DNA of 32,000 nucleotides, from contig NZ_RSDW01000001.1 in NCBI RefSeq assembly GCF_003945235.1, forward strand, positions 5,010,001 through 5,042,000. The letters run 5' to 3'. This document shows positions 1 through 10,352 of this stretch, one piece after another (position 1 is the first letter of the stretch; every line of letters starts with the position of its first letter). The notes under the pieces are model-generated. The model was not told the origin of the DNA. It did not search any database and worked only from the letters and a program-made list of their open reading frames with translations. The position numbers and the translations under genes were made by a program. The DNA comes from Edaphobacter aggregans. GTDB taxonomy: Bacteria; Acidobacteriota; Terriglobia; Terriglobales; Acidobacteriaceae.

Positions 1-126
1 CTGGAGAGGGTAAGACCTAAAAGGGTACCGCTTTCAATTTCAACAGCAGCGATAGCTGAGCTAACAAGAGAATCAGCCAAAAGAATCAACAGACTCGCCC
101 GTACTGGGCGTTTTTTGTCGTTTTAA
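1..126 (+). CDS. possible 3' end of an upstream gene (partial, frame 1, stop TAA 124-126)
   Basis: Frame 1 is open from the window edge to TAA at 124-126 and is followed directly by a hairpin at 126-150. No recognisable motif, so support is positional only. Confidence 0.2.
   Translation: MERVRPKRVPLSISTAAIAELTRESAKRINRLARTGRFLSF
96..116 (+). terminator. weak intrinsic-terminator-like hairpin
   Basis: CGCCC (96-100) / GGGCG (106-110) stem with a 5-nt loop, followed by TTTTTT (111-116). The stem is short. Confidence 0.3.
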
Positions 127-160
127 GAGCCTGGCCGCGTGCCGGGCTCTTTCCATTTCC
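126..160 (+). terminator. hairpin followed by T-rich tract
   Basis: 10-bp stem AGAGCCTGGC (126-135) / GCCGGGCTCT (141-150) with one G-U pair and a 5-nt loop, then TTCCATTTCC. Confidence 0.4.
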
Positions 161-179
161 GCTCCAAAGGAGATTCGCT

Positions 180-854
180 ATGGCTACATCTGCATCCCCG
201 CAAGGGCCCGTGCTGCCGTTCGCGCTATCACACGAAAAGAAAGCTGCCTCAGGATCAATCGCCAGCGATCACTCACTCCTCGAAATTGATCGTGAGTTGG
301 ACATGCTCTTCGACAAGATGCAGGACGAACTGGAAGAGACAGGCGAAGCCAGTCCTGAGAGCATCGAACGGTTTCACTCGTTTTGTGATGCATACGGCGA
401 GAAGGTCGATCGCATCGGCCGGTTCATTCGCGTCATGGAGGCTCGTACAGCCTATTGCAAGGCCGAGGCGGCTCGACTCGTTGCGAGAGGCAAGATTGCC
501 GAGAACAAGGTTGAACAGACCAAGTTGCTCATTCTCTACTACCTGCAAAGCCGCGAGATTACTAGGATGGAAGGGAAGCAGTTCACCCTCCGCTGCCAGA
601 AGAACTCGCAGGACTCGGTGCGCATCAGCGATCCCGAACTGATTCCGTTGCGACTAAAGCGAATTGAGGCCCACTTCGACGGTGGCACCTGGGAACGCAT
701 CGTTGCGGCGCTCCCGGATGAACTGAAATCCATCCTGAACGCGAGTGTTCAGGACATCATTCCGATGAATGACGCAATCAAGCAGGCCTTCGCTCAGGGA
801 GATGCAGTCGATGGAGCGACAGTTACACGGGGGCATCACGTCCGGGTTGCATGA
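180..854 (+). CDS. Siphovirus Gp157-like phage protein
   Basis: ATG at 180 lies 7 nt after AAGGAG. The layout matches what I remember of the Gp157 family: an N-terminal coiled-coil (EKVDRIGRFIRVMEARTAYCKAEAARLVARGKIAENKVEQTKLLILYYL), then GKQFTLRCQKNSQDSVRISDPELIP, and a C-terminal GDAVDGATV...VRV. Confidence 0.65.
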   Translation: MATSASPQGPVLPFALSHEKKAASGSIASDHSLLEIDRELDMLFDKMQDELEETGEASPESIERFHSFCDAYGEKVDRIGRFIRVMEARTAYCKAEAARLVARGKIAENKVEQTKLLILYYLQSREITRMEGKQFTLRCQKNSQDSVRISDPELIPLRLKRIEAHFDGGTWERIVAALPDELKSILNASVQDIIPMNDAIKQAFAQGDAVDGATVTRGHHVRVA

Positions 855-1666
855 GGTGATTCTCGATGGGACGAGGTGGGTAGCATGGATCCTTTGCGCA
901 GATCATTGAAGACGCGAAAGACCGTGTTCTGGCCCGCCGCGTCGAAAGCGGGGGTACATCAAGGAGATATACGAAACTTGCATGCGCTGTGCGACTTTGT
1001 ACTTATAGCCTCCGTGAGTGGCTACACCTCCCTGAGGCGGGAGAATCGTATCATTGAATGGCGAAGTTAAGGCGAAGATGGTAATGAGTATGGTTGCACT
1101 TTTGCGGTCCCGAATTGAAGCGTCTTTGGCTGGCCGTATTCCTTCCACCTCGACTCCGCGCCCTAAGCGCTAACTGGAATCGTTATCCTGCGGCCTAAAT
1201 GAGATAGATTGCCTCAGCGCATTTCCACGGGGAACATTAGCGGAAACATGCGGGTCGAAAAGCACGGGTGGACCAGTCTGGTGCACGGTCTGTTGGCTGC
1301 CTGCGTTTGCCGCAAGAGATGGCAGCGCCTTACGCCGATCTTCTTCCGTAAGCGATCGACAACTCGGCGGAACTTTCTCAAGGGCTCAAGTTCCAACTCA
1401 AAGACCTGGGTTATGAGTTCCCGCTCATATTCTCGCCTCAACGGATTACGACACGTGCATTGAGGAATACGAGCCTAGCGATTTCGCCATCACGTACCTA
1501 TACAAGCGATATCTGCGACTTCCGGAAGGAATTCGCTAGTCCTTGGCGAGGGACGGCACCATGTGGGAAGAACAATGGTAGTCAACTACGATTAGGATAA
1601 TGACGAACGCCTCTGATGTGATGAAACTTGCTGCCGTTACAATTGAGTCCGGACTCGGAAAGATTG

Positions 1667-4600
1667 ATGCCACGTATATTCGACAACATCGAGTCTAATC
1701 TGCTTCCCGCGCTGCGGACGACGCTGAACGTTGCTGACCGCTCTGATTTTTGTGTCGGCTATTTCAATTTGCGCGGGTGGAAGGCCATTGATGATCTCAT
1801 CGAAAAATGGCCAGGGGGGCCCGGAAAACAGTGCCGGCTTCTCGTCGGCATGCAACGGCCGCCGCATGAAGAACTGCGTGCGGCTTTTAGCCTTATTCCT
1901 GGCGATGACAAATTAGACAACCAAACCGTCGCACGCTTGAAGAAACGCTTGGCTGAAGACTTCCGAAGCCAGCTTACTTTTGGAGTGCCAACGAATGCGG
2001 ACGAAGCGGCTCTACGCAGGCTTTCCGCACAACTTAAGGCTGGGAGGGTGGTCGTCAAGCTTTTCCTTCGTCATACGTTGCACGCCAAGCTGTATCTCCT
2101 CTTTCGTTCAGATCCGATCAACCCTATCGTTGGTTTTCTCGGAAGCAGTAACCTCACGCTTTCGGGACTTTCTCACCAGGGAGAACTGAATCTCGATGTA
2201 ATGGATCACGATGCAGGCAAGAAGCTAGCCGGGTGGTTCGAAGATCGCTGGATTGACCATTGGTGTGTGGACATCACCGCCGAGTTGATCCAGATTATTG
2301 ATGAGAGCTGGGCACGTGAGGAAATTCCGCCGCCGTATCAGATCTATGTGAAAATGGCCTACCACTTAGCTCAAGAGGCCCGGGCAGGACTTTCTGAGTT
2401 CCGAATACCATCAGAATTTGGCCACAGGCTTTTCGATTACCAGGTCGCTGCCGTTAAGATAGCCGCTCATCATTTAAACAAGCGCGGCGGGGTTCTGATC
2501 GGTGACGTGGTCGGTCTCGGAAAAACGCTGATGGCAACCGCTCTGGCTAAAATTTTTCAGGATGATCACTTCACCGAAACTCTCATCATCTGTCCGAAGA
2601 ACCTAGTCAAGATGTGGGAAGAGTATGTGTCGCAGTATCGACTCCTAGCGAAAGTTCTCTCCGTGACCGCCGCGGCGCGGGAACTGCCCGAGCTGCGACG
2701 TTATCGAGTGGTACTGATCGACGAGAGCCACAATTTGCGTAATCGTGAGGGAAAGAGATATCGAGTAATCCAGGAATACATTCAAGAAAACGAGAGCAAA
2801 TGTATTTTGTTGTCGGCGACGCCTTACAACAAAACCTATTTGGACTTGTCGAGCCAGCTCCGCTTGTTCTTGCCAGACGATAAGAATCTGACAATCAGGC
2901 CGGAACGTCTTTTGCGAGAATTAGGTGAAACCGAGTTTATTCGTCGACATCAATGCGATGTCCACTCTCTGGCCGCATTTGAAAAGAGTGGATATGCAGA
3001 CGACTGGCGCGAACTAATGCGGCGCTACATGGTACGTCGAACACGAAGCTTCATTCAGGATAACTACGCAGATACCGACACTTCTACGGGTCGCAGATAT
3101 CTTACGTTCGAGGATGGTTCCCGGTCTTATTTTCCCGAGCGCGTTCCAAAAACCGTAAAGTTTCGCATCGACGAACGAGACCCGTCTGACCAATACGCGA
3201 TGTACTATGCTGCTGACGCTGTCGGCGCTATCAATGCGCTCACTTTGCCACGCTATGGTCTAGGCAATTATGTTGCCCCCCGGCCCGACAAAGCAGCCAC
3301 GGCAACGGAGGCTAGGCAGCTTCAAAATCTCTCGCGCGCAGGAAAACGGCTAATGGGATTTTGCAGGACGAATTTATTTAAGCGGCTAGAGAGTAGCGGT
3401 TCCGCCTTTCAGCAATCAATCGAGCGGCACATCTTGAGAAATCACATTTTCCTGTTTGCCATCGAAAATGGTTTGCCCCTCCCCTTGGGCACTCAAGACT
3501 CTGGCCTTCTCGACACAGGGAACTACGATGAGGACGTTGACGATGAGACCGCCAGCGCTGACATGTTTGATGACAACAACGAAGATGATCCGAAAGCCTC
3601 GCTGCGTCCATTGCATCTTAGATCGGCAGAAGATTTTGCCAGACGAGCCGAGGAAGCGTATCGGGCATATGCCAACCAATTCAAGAATCGCTTCAAATGG
3701 CTGCGGGCAGATCTTTTCGTCTCGTCTCTTGCCAAGGACCTGGCGAGCGATGCCGCGAGTTTGCTTGTAATTTTGGGCCGATGTGGAGAATGGAATCCTG
3801 ATAAAGACGCGAAACTTGCAGCGCTATACAAGCTTCTGACAGAAGAACACCCCAATGAGAAGGTCATCGTTTTCACCCAGTTCGCTGACACGGTTCGATA
3901 TTTGGAGACTCAACTCCGTGCGCGCGGATTACCTCGCCTAGCCGGTGTTACCGGGGAGGCAGAAGACCCCACAAGCTATGCGTGGCGATTCAGTCCCGTC
4001 AGTAACAATAAGCGAGATCGAGTCTCCGAGAATGAAGAGCTTCGCATTCTTGTGGCAACCGATGTTCTGAGTGAAGGACAGAATCTACAGGATGGCTCTA
4101 TCATCGTCAATTTTGACCTACCTTGGGCGATCATTCGTCTCATTCAGCGGGCCGGTCGCGTCGATCGTATTGGACAGAAATCTGAAAAGATACTTTGCTA
4201 CTCGTTCCTGCCGGCCGAAGGTGTAGAGAATCTGATTAGGCTCCGTGCTCGCGTCCGTCAACGTCTGCACGAGAATGCCGAGGTGGTTGGCACAGATGAA
4301 GCGTTTTTTGAAGATGAGAGAGAGAGACAAAAACTCTTTGATCTTTACCATGAAAAGGCTGGGATTCTGGACGGCGAAACCGACACCGAAGTTGATCTCG
4401 CCTCTTATGCCTATCAAATTTGGAAAAATGCGATTGATCGGTTTCCTGAATTGCAAAAGACGATCCCCGCCATGCCGCCCGTGGTCTTTTCGACGCACTC
4501 CCATAGAGCGACGGAGAAAAGGCCAGACGGCGTTCTAGTGTATCTTCGGACCGCCGAAGGCAACGATGCTCTTGCATGGGTAGACAAGGCGGGTAACAAC

Positions 4601-5065
4601 GTCACTGAGTCTCAATTCGAGATTTTGAAAGCGGCAGAATGCTCACCTGATGCGCCAGGATTACAACGACAAGAGGATCATCACGACCTAGTACGCAAGG
4701 GGGTAGCGGTTCTCGTAGCCGAGGAAAAGTCTGTCGGTGGACAACTGGGACGTCCGTCGGGAGCTCGCTTCCGCACATACGAACGACTCAAACGCCATGC
4801 GGATCTGATGAAGGGTACATTGTGGGATATCCCGCAACTCGCTAAAGTGATCGAGGAGATTTATCGTTTTCCGTTGCGCCAATCAGCCGCGGATACACTC
4901 AACCGCCAGCTGAGATCTGGGATTTCCGATCAGAAGCTGGCTGAACTGACCATGGCACTACAAGACGACGATCGATTCTGCGTGGTTCAGGAAGAAGAAC
5001 ACGCCGATGAACCCCAGATAATCTGCTCGCTCGGGCTTACATCCGACAATAACCCGAAAGCCTGA
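1667..5065 (+). CDS. PLD(HKD) nuclease domain fused to an SNF2-family SF2 helicase/translocase
   Basis: One HKD motif: HAK at 2081-2089 and GSSNLT at 2141-2158. Helicase motifs: GLGKT 2513-2527, DESH 2720-2731, [33 protein letters not shown] prefer ATG 1667 (MPRIFDNIE...) over the track's TTG at 1628. Confidence 0.9.
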   Translation: MPRIFDNIESNLLPALRTTLNVADRSDFCVGYFNLRGWKAIDDLIEKWPGGPGKQCRLLVGMQRPPHEELRAAFSLIPGDDKLDNQTVARLKKRLAEDFRSQLTFGVPTNADEAALRRLSAQLKAGRVVVKLFLRHTLHAKLYLLFRSDPINPIVGFLGSSNLTLSGLSHQGELNLDVMDHDAGKKLAGWFEDRWIDHWCVDITAELIQIIDESWAREEIPPPYQIYVKMAYHLAQEARAGLSEFRIPSEFGHRLFDYQVAAVKIAAHHLNKRGGVLIGDVVGLGKTLMATALAKIFQDDHFTETLIICPKNLVKMWEEYVSQYRLLAKVLSVTAAARELPELRRYRVVLIDESHNLRNREGKRYRVIQEYIQENESKCILLSATPYNKTYLDLSSQLRLFLPDDKNLTIRPERLLRELGETEFIRRHQCDVHSLAAFEKSGYADDWRELMRRYMVRRTRSFIQDNYADTDTSTGRRYLTFEDGSRSYFPERVPKTVKFRIDERDPSDQYAMYYAADAVGAINALTLPRYGLGNYVAPRPDKAATATEARQLQNLSRAGKRLMGFCRTNLFKRLESSGSAFQQSIERHILRNHIFLFAIENGLPLPLGTQDSGLLDTGNYDEDVDDETASADMFDDNNEDDPKASLRPLHLRSAEDFARRAEEAYRAYANQFKNRFKWLRADLFVSSLAKDLASDAASLLVILGRCGEWNPDKDAKLAALYKLLTEEHPNEKVIVFTQFADTVRYLETQLRARGLPRLAGVTGEAEDPTSYAWRFSPVSNNKRDRVSENEELRILVATDVLSEGQNLQDGSIIVNFDLPWAIIRLIQRAGRVDRIGQKSEKILCYSFLPAEGVENLIRLRARVRQRLHENAEVVGTDEAFFEDERERQKLFDLYHEKAGILDGETDTEVDLASYAYQIWKNAIDRFPELQKTIPAMPPVVFSTHSHRATEKRPDGVLVYLRTAEGNDALAWVDKAGNNVTESQFEILKAAECSPDAPGLQRQEDHHDLVRKGVAVLVAEEKSVGGQLGRPSGARFRTYERLKRHADLMKGTLWDIPQLAKVIEEIYRFPLRQSAADTLNRQLRSGISDQKLAELTMALQDDDRFCVVQEEEHADEPQIICSLGLTSDNNPKA

Positions 5066-5072
5066 GGAAGCG

Positions 5073-8000
5073 ATGTCTCTCAACCCCACCAGAGCGCGAC
5101 AACATCTACAACATGGCGATCTCCGCTCCCTTTTTATTGAAGACCTTGGGTGGGATCACCATGAAAGCGGCGTTGAGATCACAGTCTCTGACGAACAGAT
5201 ATCGCTTCGCGGACTGGCACAGAAGCGTGGCATGATCGCGTATCAATACGCTACATCAGCGGGTCAGTCCCTGCCCGCCTATTCGCAACGTAGAAAAATC
5301 GAACACCAGATTGCCAAGGTCGCGCACGAACATTTGATTGTTTTCACTGACACAGCCAATCACACCCAGATATGGCAATGGGTGAAGCGGGAGAGTGGTA
5401 AGCCGGCAGCGTGCCGCGAGCATACGTTTCACACCTCACAACAGGGCGAGGCTTTGCTTCAGAAACTTCAAGCTATTGCTTTCACGCTTGAAGAAGAGGA
5501 GCGGCTGTCCCTCACCGATGTGACGCGACGAACACGCGCCGGATTTGATGTCGAACGTGTTACCAAGCGGTTTTATGACCGTTTTCAGAAGGAACATAAA
5601 GCGTTCCTGAAGTTCATTGAGGGAATCACCGAGCGCACCGATCACGAATGGTACGCGTCAGTTATGCTCAATCGGCTGATGTTTGTGTATTTCGTTCAGC
5701 GAAAGGGGTTCCTGGACGGAGACCGCGACTATCTTCGCAACCGGCTTAAGCAACTCCGGGAAGAGCACGGCCGGGATAAGTTTTATTCGTTTTATCGCTA
5801 TTTTCTTTTGCGCCTTTTCCATGAGGGCTTGGGTGGCAGAAAGAGAACGATCGATCTTGAAAAGCTTGTCGGTCGTATCCCTTATCTAAATGGAGGCCTC
5901 TTCGATATCCATGAACTTGAATCGCCAGATCGCTACGGGAAGACGATTCAAATTCCAGATGAGGCCTTCGAGCGAATCTTCGACTACTTTGACCAGTATC
6001 AGTGGCACTTGGATGAGAGGCCGCTTCGAGCGGATAACGAGATCAACCCAGACGTTCTTGGGTACATATTTGAGAAGTACATCAACCAAAAGCAGATGGG
6101 CGCGTACTACACAAAGGAAGATATCACCGAGTACATCTGCAAGAATACTGTTATCCCATTCTTGTTTGACGCCGCCCGCGCTGAGTGTAAGGTAGCCTTC
6201 GAAAATCCGAAAGGTCCGACTGTTTGGGATCTGCTCAAGAATGACCCTGACCGTTATATTTATTCCGCTGTCCGTCATGGAAATGACATACCATTCCCGG
6301 CCAGCATTCAAGATAGTCTTAGGTCCAAAACTCTGCAGAATGCAGTTAGTAGCGAGCCTGCACGCACGGTCGAATCGCGCATGGCTTGGAATAAGCAGGC
6401 TCCAGAAGCGCATGCACTCGCCACAGAGAACTGGCGCGAAGTCATAGACCGTCGGAGCCGATACGAAGAATTGAAGCGTCAGCTCACAGATGGTGTAGTT
6501 TCTTCGATAAACGGCTTGATCACACGCAATCTGGATATCCGCCAATTTGCGCAAGACGCAATCGAGAATTGCGAAGGCCCCGATCTGCTTCGCGCTTTCT
6601 GGCATTCCATTCAGGGTGTGACCATCCTCGATCCGACATGCGGCTCTGGCGCGTTCCTGTTCGCAGCCCTCAATATTCTCGAACCACTCTATGAGGCGTG
6701 TCTCGACCGAATGGAAGCGTTCATTGAGGATCTAGAACGATCCAGCGAGAAACACGGTCCGGAGAAGTTTTCGGATTTTCGCAAGGTTTTAGCTCAAGTC
6801 GCAGGGCACCCCAATCGGCGTTATTTCATTTTCAAGAGCATCATCCTTAATAACCTTTTTGGGGTCGACATCATGGAGGAGGCTGTCGAGATATGTAAGC
6901 TTCGCCTCTTCCTGAAACTTGCTGCCCAGGTCGAACCAGACCCCTCCCGTGAAAATCTCGGGATTGAACCTTTGCCGGACATCGATTTTAATATCCGGGC
7001 AGGCAACACACTTGTTGGTTATGCCACATACGACGAAGTGACAAAAGCTGCATCTAGCAGTTTTGACTTCAATCATTCAATGGCGAAGATCTCTTCGCAG
7101 GCGGCGGAACTACAACAGGGATTCGACGTATTCCGCGAGCAGCAAGTCGGAGGGGATAGCTCATTTCCGATCGAGGCCAAAAAGCAACTGCGAGAGCGTC
7201 TCAAGGCCCTCGACGATGAACTTAACCGACGTTTAGCGACAGAAAGTGGTGTTTCACCTGCCGACAAGCAAGCGTATGCCAAATGGCTGAGGTCTCACCA
7301 ACCGTTTCATTGGTTCGTTGAGTTTCACGGAATAATGAATCGCGGTGGATTTGATGTGATCATCGGAAATCCGCCATATGTAGTCAACACTCCCGAGAAG
7401 GTGTCCTATACGATCCAGTCGGACCGCTTTGTAACTTACCCCTGCAAGAATCTCTACGCCATTGTCTTCGAGCGTTCGCTGAACCTGGCCCACTCTATCT
7501 CATCTGTGGGATTGATAGTTCAACTGACGGCACTCTCTTCCGAAAAGATGAAGCCATTGCAAGACTTGCTGATCCAGAGAGGTTTCCTCGTAGCACCGTC
7601 TTTCCCGCGCCGCCCGGAATCAATATTTGACGGCGTGGAGATGCCGGTAACGATATTGATTTCTCGCTCAGAAGACAAAGGCATGTTTACTTCCCGGGTC
7701 TCGCGTTTTTACACCGAACAGCGATCTGTTGCGCTTAGCGTTTTGTCTCTAACTAACCATACCGCCAGGCTGCAAAATCACCGCATTGGGAAAATAGGGT
7801 CCGAACTGGAGCTCGGCATCCTTGCAAAGGTCCTAACGAACAAACTTCAGCTTGAATCACTCACAACTGAGGTGTCCGAAAACGCGCTTTACTATCAGGA
7901 GGCGTGTCGATACTGGGTAAAGGCTTGCAAAGGGTATCCATTTTTTCGACGTAACGGAGAATCGATGCGGCCTCCCCATGGACGCACTGCGTTCTTTCAG

Positions 8001-8393
8001 AGTCGTGAGGCCTGCGCATTCGCTGCATGTTTGATCACATCAACCCTGTTTTACTGGTTTTATAGCTGTTTTTCCGATTGCGAACATATCAACGACTCGT
8101 TACTGAAAGGGTTCAATATTCCCGGCTCCTGGAACACTGCGGATTGGGTGTCGATTGAGCGGCGCCTTGCACAGAGCCTCAAACAACACTCTCGTCGCAA
8201 GACTATCAATACGAAGCAGGGTCATAAGATCGAGTACGACGAACTGGATGCGTCGACGTCCAAGGAGATCCTCGATGATATTGACCGCGAGTTGGCGCAT
8301 CAGTATAGGCTCACGGAGGAGGAATTAGACTTCATCATTAGCTATGACATCAAGTACCGCATGGGTGTCGTGATGGAGGAAGAGGAGCAATGA
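5073..8393 (+). CDS. large gamma-class N6-adenine DNA methyltransferase (Eco57I/type IIG-like) with N- and C-terminal extensions, presumed target-recognition region
   Basis: SAM motif I ILDPTCGSGAFL (DPTCGSG at 6630-6650). Catalytic motif IV GNPPYV (NPPY at 7368-7379). Motif order I then IV. The gene starts 8 nt after the helicase stop, with a GAGGAAG RBS. Confidence 0.9.
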   Translation: MSLNPTRARQHLQHGDLRSLFIEDLGWDHHESGVEITVSDEQISLRGLAQKRGMIAYQYATSAGQSLPAYSQRRKIEHQIAKVAHEHLIVFTDTANHTQIWQWVKRESGKPAACREHTFHTSQQGEALLQKLQAIAFTLEEEERLSLTDVTRRTRAGFDVERVTKRFYDRFQKEHKAFLKFIEGITERTDHEWYASVMLNRLMFVYFVQRKGFLDGDRDYLRNRLKQLREEHGRDKFYSFYRYFLLRLFHEGLGGRKRTIDLEKLVGRIPYLNGGLFDIHELESPDRYGKTIQIPDEAFERIFDYFDQYQWHLDERPLRADNEINPDVLGYIFEKYINQKQMGAYYTKEDITEYICKNTVIPFLFDAARAECKVAFENPKGPTVWDLLKNDPDRYIYSAVRHGNDIPFPASIQDSLRSKTLQNAVSSEPARTVESRMAWNKQAPEAHALATENWREVIDRRSRYEELKRQLTDGVVSSINGLITRNLDIRQFAQDAIENCEGPDLLRAFWHSIQGVTILDPTCGSGAFLFAALNILEPLYEACLDRMEAFIEDLERSSEKHGPEKFSDFRKVLAQVAGHPNRRYFIFKSIILNNLFGVDIMEEAVEICKLRLFLKLAAQVEPDPSRENLGIEPLPDIDFNIRAGNTLVGYATYDEVTKAASSSFDFNHSMAKISSQAAELQQGFDVFREQQVGGDSSFPIEAKKQLRERLKALDDELNRRLATESGVSPADKQAYAKWLRSHQPFHWFVEFHGIMNRGGFDVIIGNPPYVVNTPEKVSYTIQSDRFVTYPCKNLYAIVFERSLNLAHSISSVGLIVQLTALSSEKMKPLQDLLIQRGFLVAPSFPRRPESIFDGVEMPVTILISRSEDKGMFTSRVSRFYTEQRSVALSVLSLTNHTARLQNHRIGKIGSELELGILAKVLTNKLQLESLTTEVSENALYYQEACRYWVKACKGYPFFRRNGESMRPPHGRTAFFQSREACAFAACLITSTLFYWFYSCFSDCEHINDSLLKGFNIPGSWNTADWVSIERRLAQSLKQHSRRKTINTKQGHKIEYDELDASTSKEILDDIDRELAHQYRLTEEELDFIISYDIKYRMGVVMEEEEQ

Positions 8394-8938
8394 CCGACCT
8401 GCAGAGCCTGACGCTAGACGGATTGCATGAACGTCACCCTGGTCTGACTCAAGCCTTGGGGCAAACCTATTGCGAGGCGGCGTCGGTTTGCTTTTCGCGT
8501 CATCATCAGCCGCCGGTCACTGTCTCACTGAAACACGGTGAAACTCAGCAGCTACGTTTCCTCAACTTTCTTGTTCCTGATGTGCGAGTTCGCAACGCAA
8601 ACGCCAATGAAATTGATGCCACGGAAGCGGCCGCGTACGGTGTATCACTAGCAGCCGTTGAAGCAGTTGCCGGATTGGTTGCTGTTCGAAGGGCGGAAAC
8701 GCTGACAGGTGCAGATTGGTATGTCGCTCCTGAGGGCACAGGTGCAGACGACCTGGAGGACTGCATCCGTTTGGAAGTATCAGGCATAAGCGGCGGAGGA
8801 AGTAGCGATGTCGTCCGTCGCCTTCAGGAAAAGGTCGCACAAACGGCGCGTGGGAAGAGCAACTTGCCCGCAATGGCATCCGTCGTTGGCTTCAAGGTGC
8901 TTGAAGTAGCAATTTCACCTTTAGGGGCAGGAGCATGA
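8390..8938 (+). CDS. hypothetical protein (182 aa), translationally coupled to the methyltransferase
   Basis: ATGA start/stop overlap at 8390-8393, with a GGAGGAAGAGGAG RBS inside the end of the upstream gene. Protein-like composition. A possible nuclease-like D...E pattern (GADWYV ... RLEVSG) is inference only. Confidence 0.7.
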   Translation: MTDLQSLTLDGLHERHPGLTQALGQTYCEAASVCFSRHHQPPVTVSLKHGETQQLRFLNFLVPDVRVRNANANEIDATEAAAYGVSLAAVEAVAGLVAVRRAETLTGADWYVAPEGTGADDLEDCIRLEVSGISGGGSSDVVRRLQEKVAQTARGKSNLPAMASVVGFKVLEVAISPLGAGA

Positions 8939-10047
8939 CGTGGGCTGAATTTCATGCCGCAAGTGAAAAGACCGCAATGGAAGCCGGGCAGTTTTTCCGC
9001 GACGGAAATATCACGCAGGCACTCCCGTTATACGCAAAGGCGGCCGAACTTGAACAACATGCGCTTGCAGTAGTTGACACTTCCAAGGTCCGCACCAGGG
9101 GTATCACGGCGGTTAGCGCAGTATCTTTGTGGTACAAAGCCGTTGACTACGATCGTGCAGAACAGTTGGCACATTCAATGCTCGGTGATCCATCAATACC
9201 GGCCTTTGCGAGAATTGATTTGCGTAATCTCGTCCAGGCCATCTGGACAGAGAGTTCTAAGCAGGCTGCAAATGTTTCGTTCCTTCCCGGGCAGGTGTAT
9301 GTCTCGGTTAAAGGAGGAGAGGTTGTAACTGGCGGGGCACCACTAGATTTGGTTATAGAGAAGGTACAGACGATTCAGGCAATGTTCTATCGGACCATCG
9401 AATTTATAAAAGACATGCCGCTGCGTCCCCGCGGCGCACCAATCCGTGACATCCAGGAAGCGTGTCGTCCATGGCTCTTTCAAGCCGCACCGGGAAGTTA
9501 CCAATTTTCTGTGGCGATTCAGGAACCGAAACAACGTGATTTTTTCAAAGAAGATATTCGGCCAGACCTTGTGGCAACGCAATTTCTTGACATTCTTAGG
9601 GCCACTACAAACGAAGATCAGAGGCAGCTGGAGCAGATCGTTCCCAGCACTGAATATCGCAACGTTTTCTTGAAGCTGTCGCGCAATCTCGCTCCCACAG
9701 GAAAGACCTTCGGGTCAATTGAATTTCGTACATCCACCGGTGAAGCTCCCATCGCGCTAACACCCGACGCAAGAACGGCCATTAACGAGACACTGAAGAA
9801 AGGCCGTCCCCCGGTATCACAGGATGCGCCCGAAGACGAAGAAGAGATTGTAGGAATGCTTCGAGCAGTTGATCTTGATAAAGACTGGCTCGATGTGACG
9901 GTCAATGGTCAGGCGGTCCATGTAACTGGGCTTGGAGATGCGATGGACGATCTCATTGGACCGATGGTAAACAAAATGGTGAAGGTACAGATTGTCAGGA
10001 AGGTCAATGGCCCATTTCGTTTCCGGGATATTGAAGTTAACGAATGA
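8935..10047 (+). CDS. hypothetical protein (370 aa) with a helical TPR-like N-terminus
   Basis: ATGA overlap at 8935-8938 with a GGGGCAGGAG RBS. Long ORF with balanced composition. No motif I can name. Confidence 0.75.
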   Translation: MTWAEFHAASEKTAMEAGQFFRDGNITQALPLYAKAAELEQHALAVVDTSKVRTRGITAVSAVSLWYKAVDYDRAEQLAHSMLGDPSIPAFARIDLRNLVQAIWTESSKQAANVSFLPGQVYVSVKGGEVVTGGAPLDLVIEKVQTIQAMFYRTIEFIKDMPLRPRGAPIRDIQEACRPWLFQAAPGSYQFSVAIQEPKQRDFFKEDIRPDLVATQFLDILRATTNEDQRQLEQIVPSTEYRNVFLKLSRNLAPTGKTFGSIEFRTSTGEAPIALTPDARTAINETLKKGRPPVSQDAPEDEEEIVGMLRAVDLDKDWLDVTVNGQAVHVTGLGDAMDDLIGPMVNKMVKVQIVRKVNGPFRFRDIEVNE

Positions 10048-10352
10048 TAGCGATTTATAGCTTCGTTAAGTTTCGGTACAGCGACCAAAGACGATCGCCT
10101 TATTTCTCTTTTGACTTCAGGTTCAGACTGACGGTATTGCAGGCACACCGCAAAGATTCAGGATTAGAACTCTGCGCCGCGAATTGCCAGGCTGAAAGAC
10201 GCGAAAGATTCTTTGTAAGCCGTCACGAGAGGTTCGAAATCCTTTTTTCCGAAATTCGCCATGCGTTATAGTGAACGGCCTTGTTCACGGCCCACAGCCT
10301 TACCGACCAGAAGTGCTCCGAGCGTTGAGCGGCGCTGTTTTACAATCGGCTC

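Noticed and set aside
5886-6605. 239-aa minus-strand ORF inside the methyltransferase gene
   Set aside because: It is fully antisense to a gene with clear methyltransferase motifs. It has no motif of its own, so it is a shadow ORF.
1667-8393. Calling the helicase-methylase pair DISARM, BREX or a classical Type I/III system
   Set aside because: There is no DrmA/DrmB (DUF1998). There is no PglZ/BrxC/BrxL. There is no HsdS/HsdR or Res-type architecture. Only partial resemblance, so it is left as an unclassified R-M-like system.
10164-10262. 32-codon minus-strand ORF (MANFGKKDFEPLVTAYKESFASFSLAIRGAEF) whose frame continues after two stops
   Set aside because: It looks protein-like and may be the stump of a gene disrupted by the island. 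It is too short, has no motif, and cannot be verified by eye.
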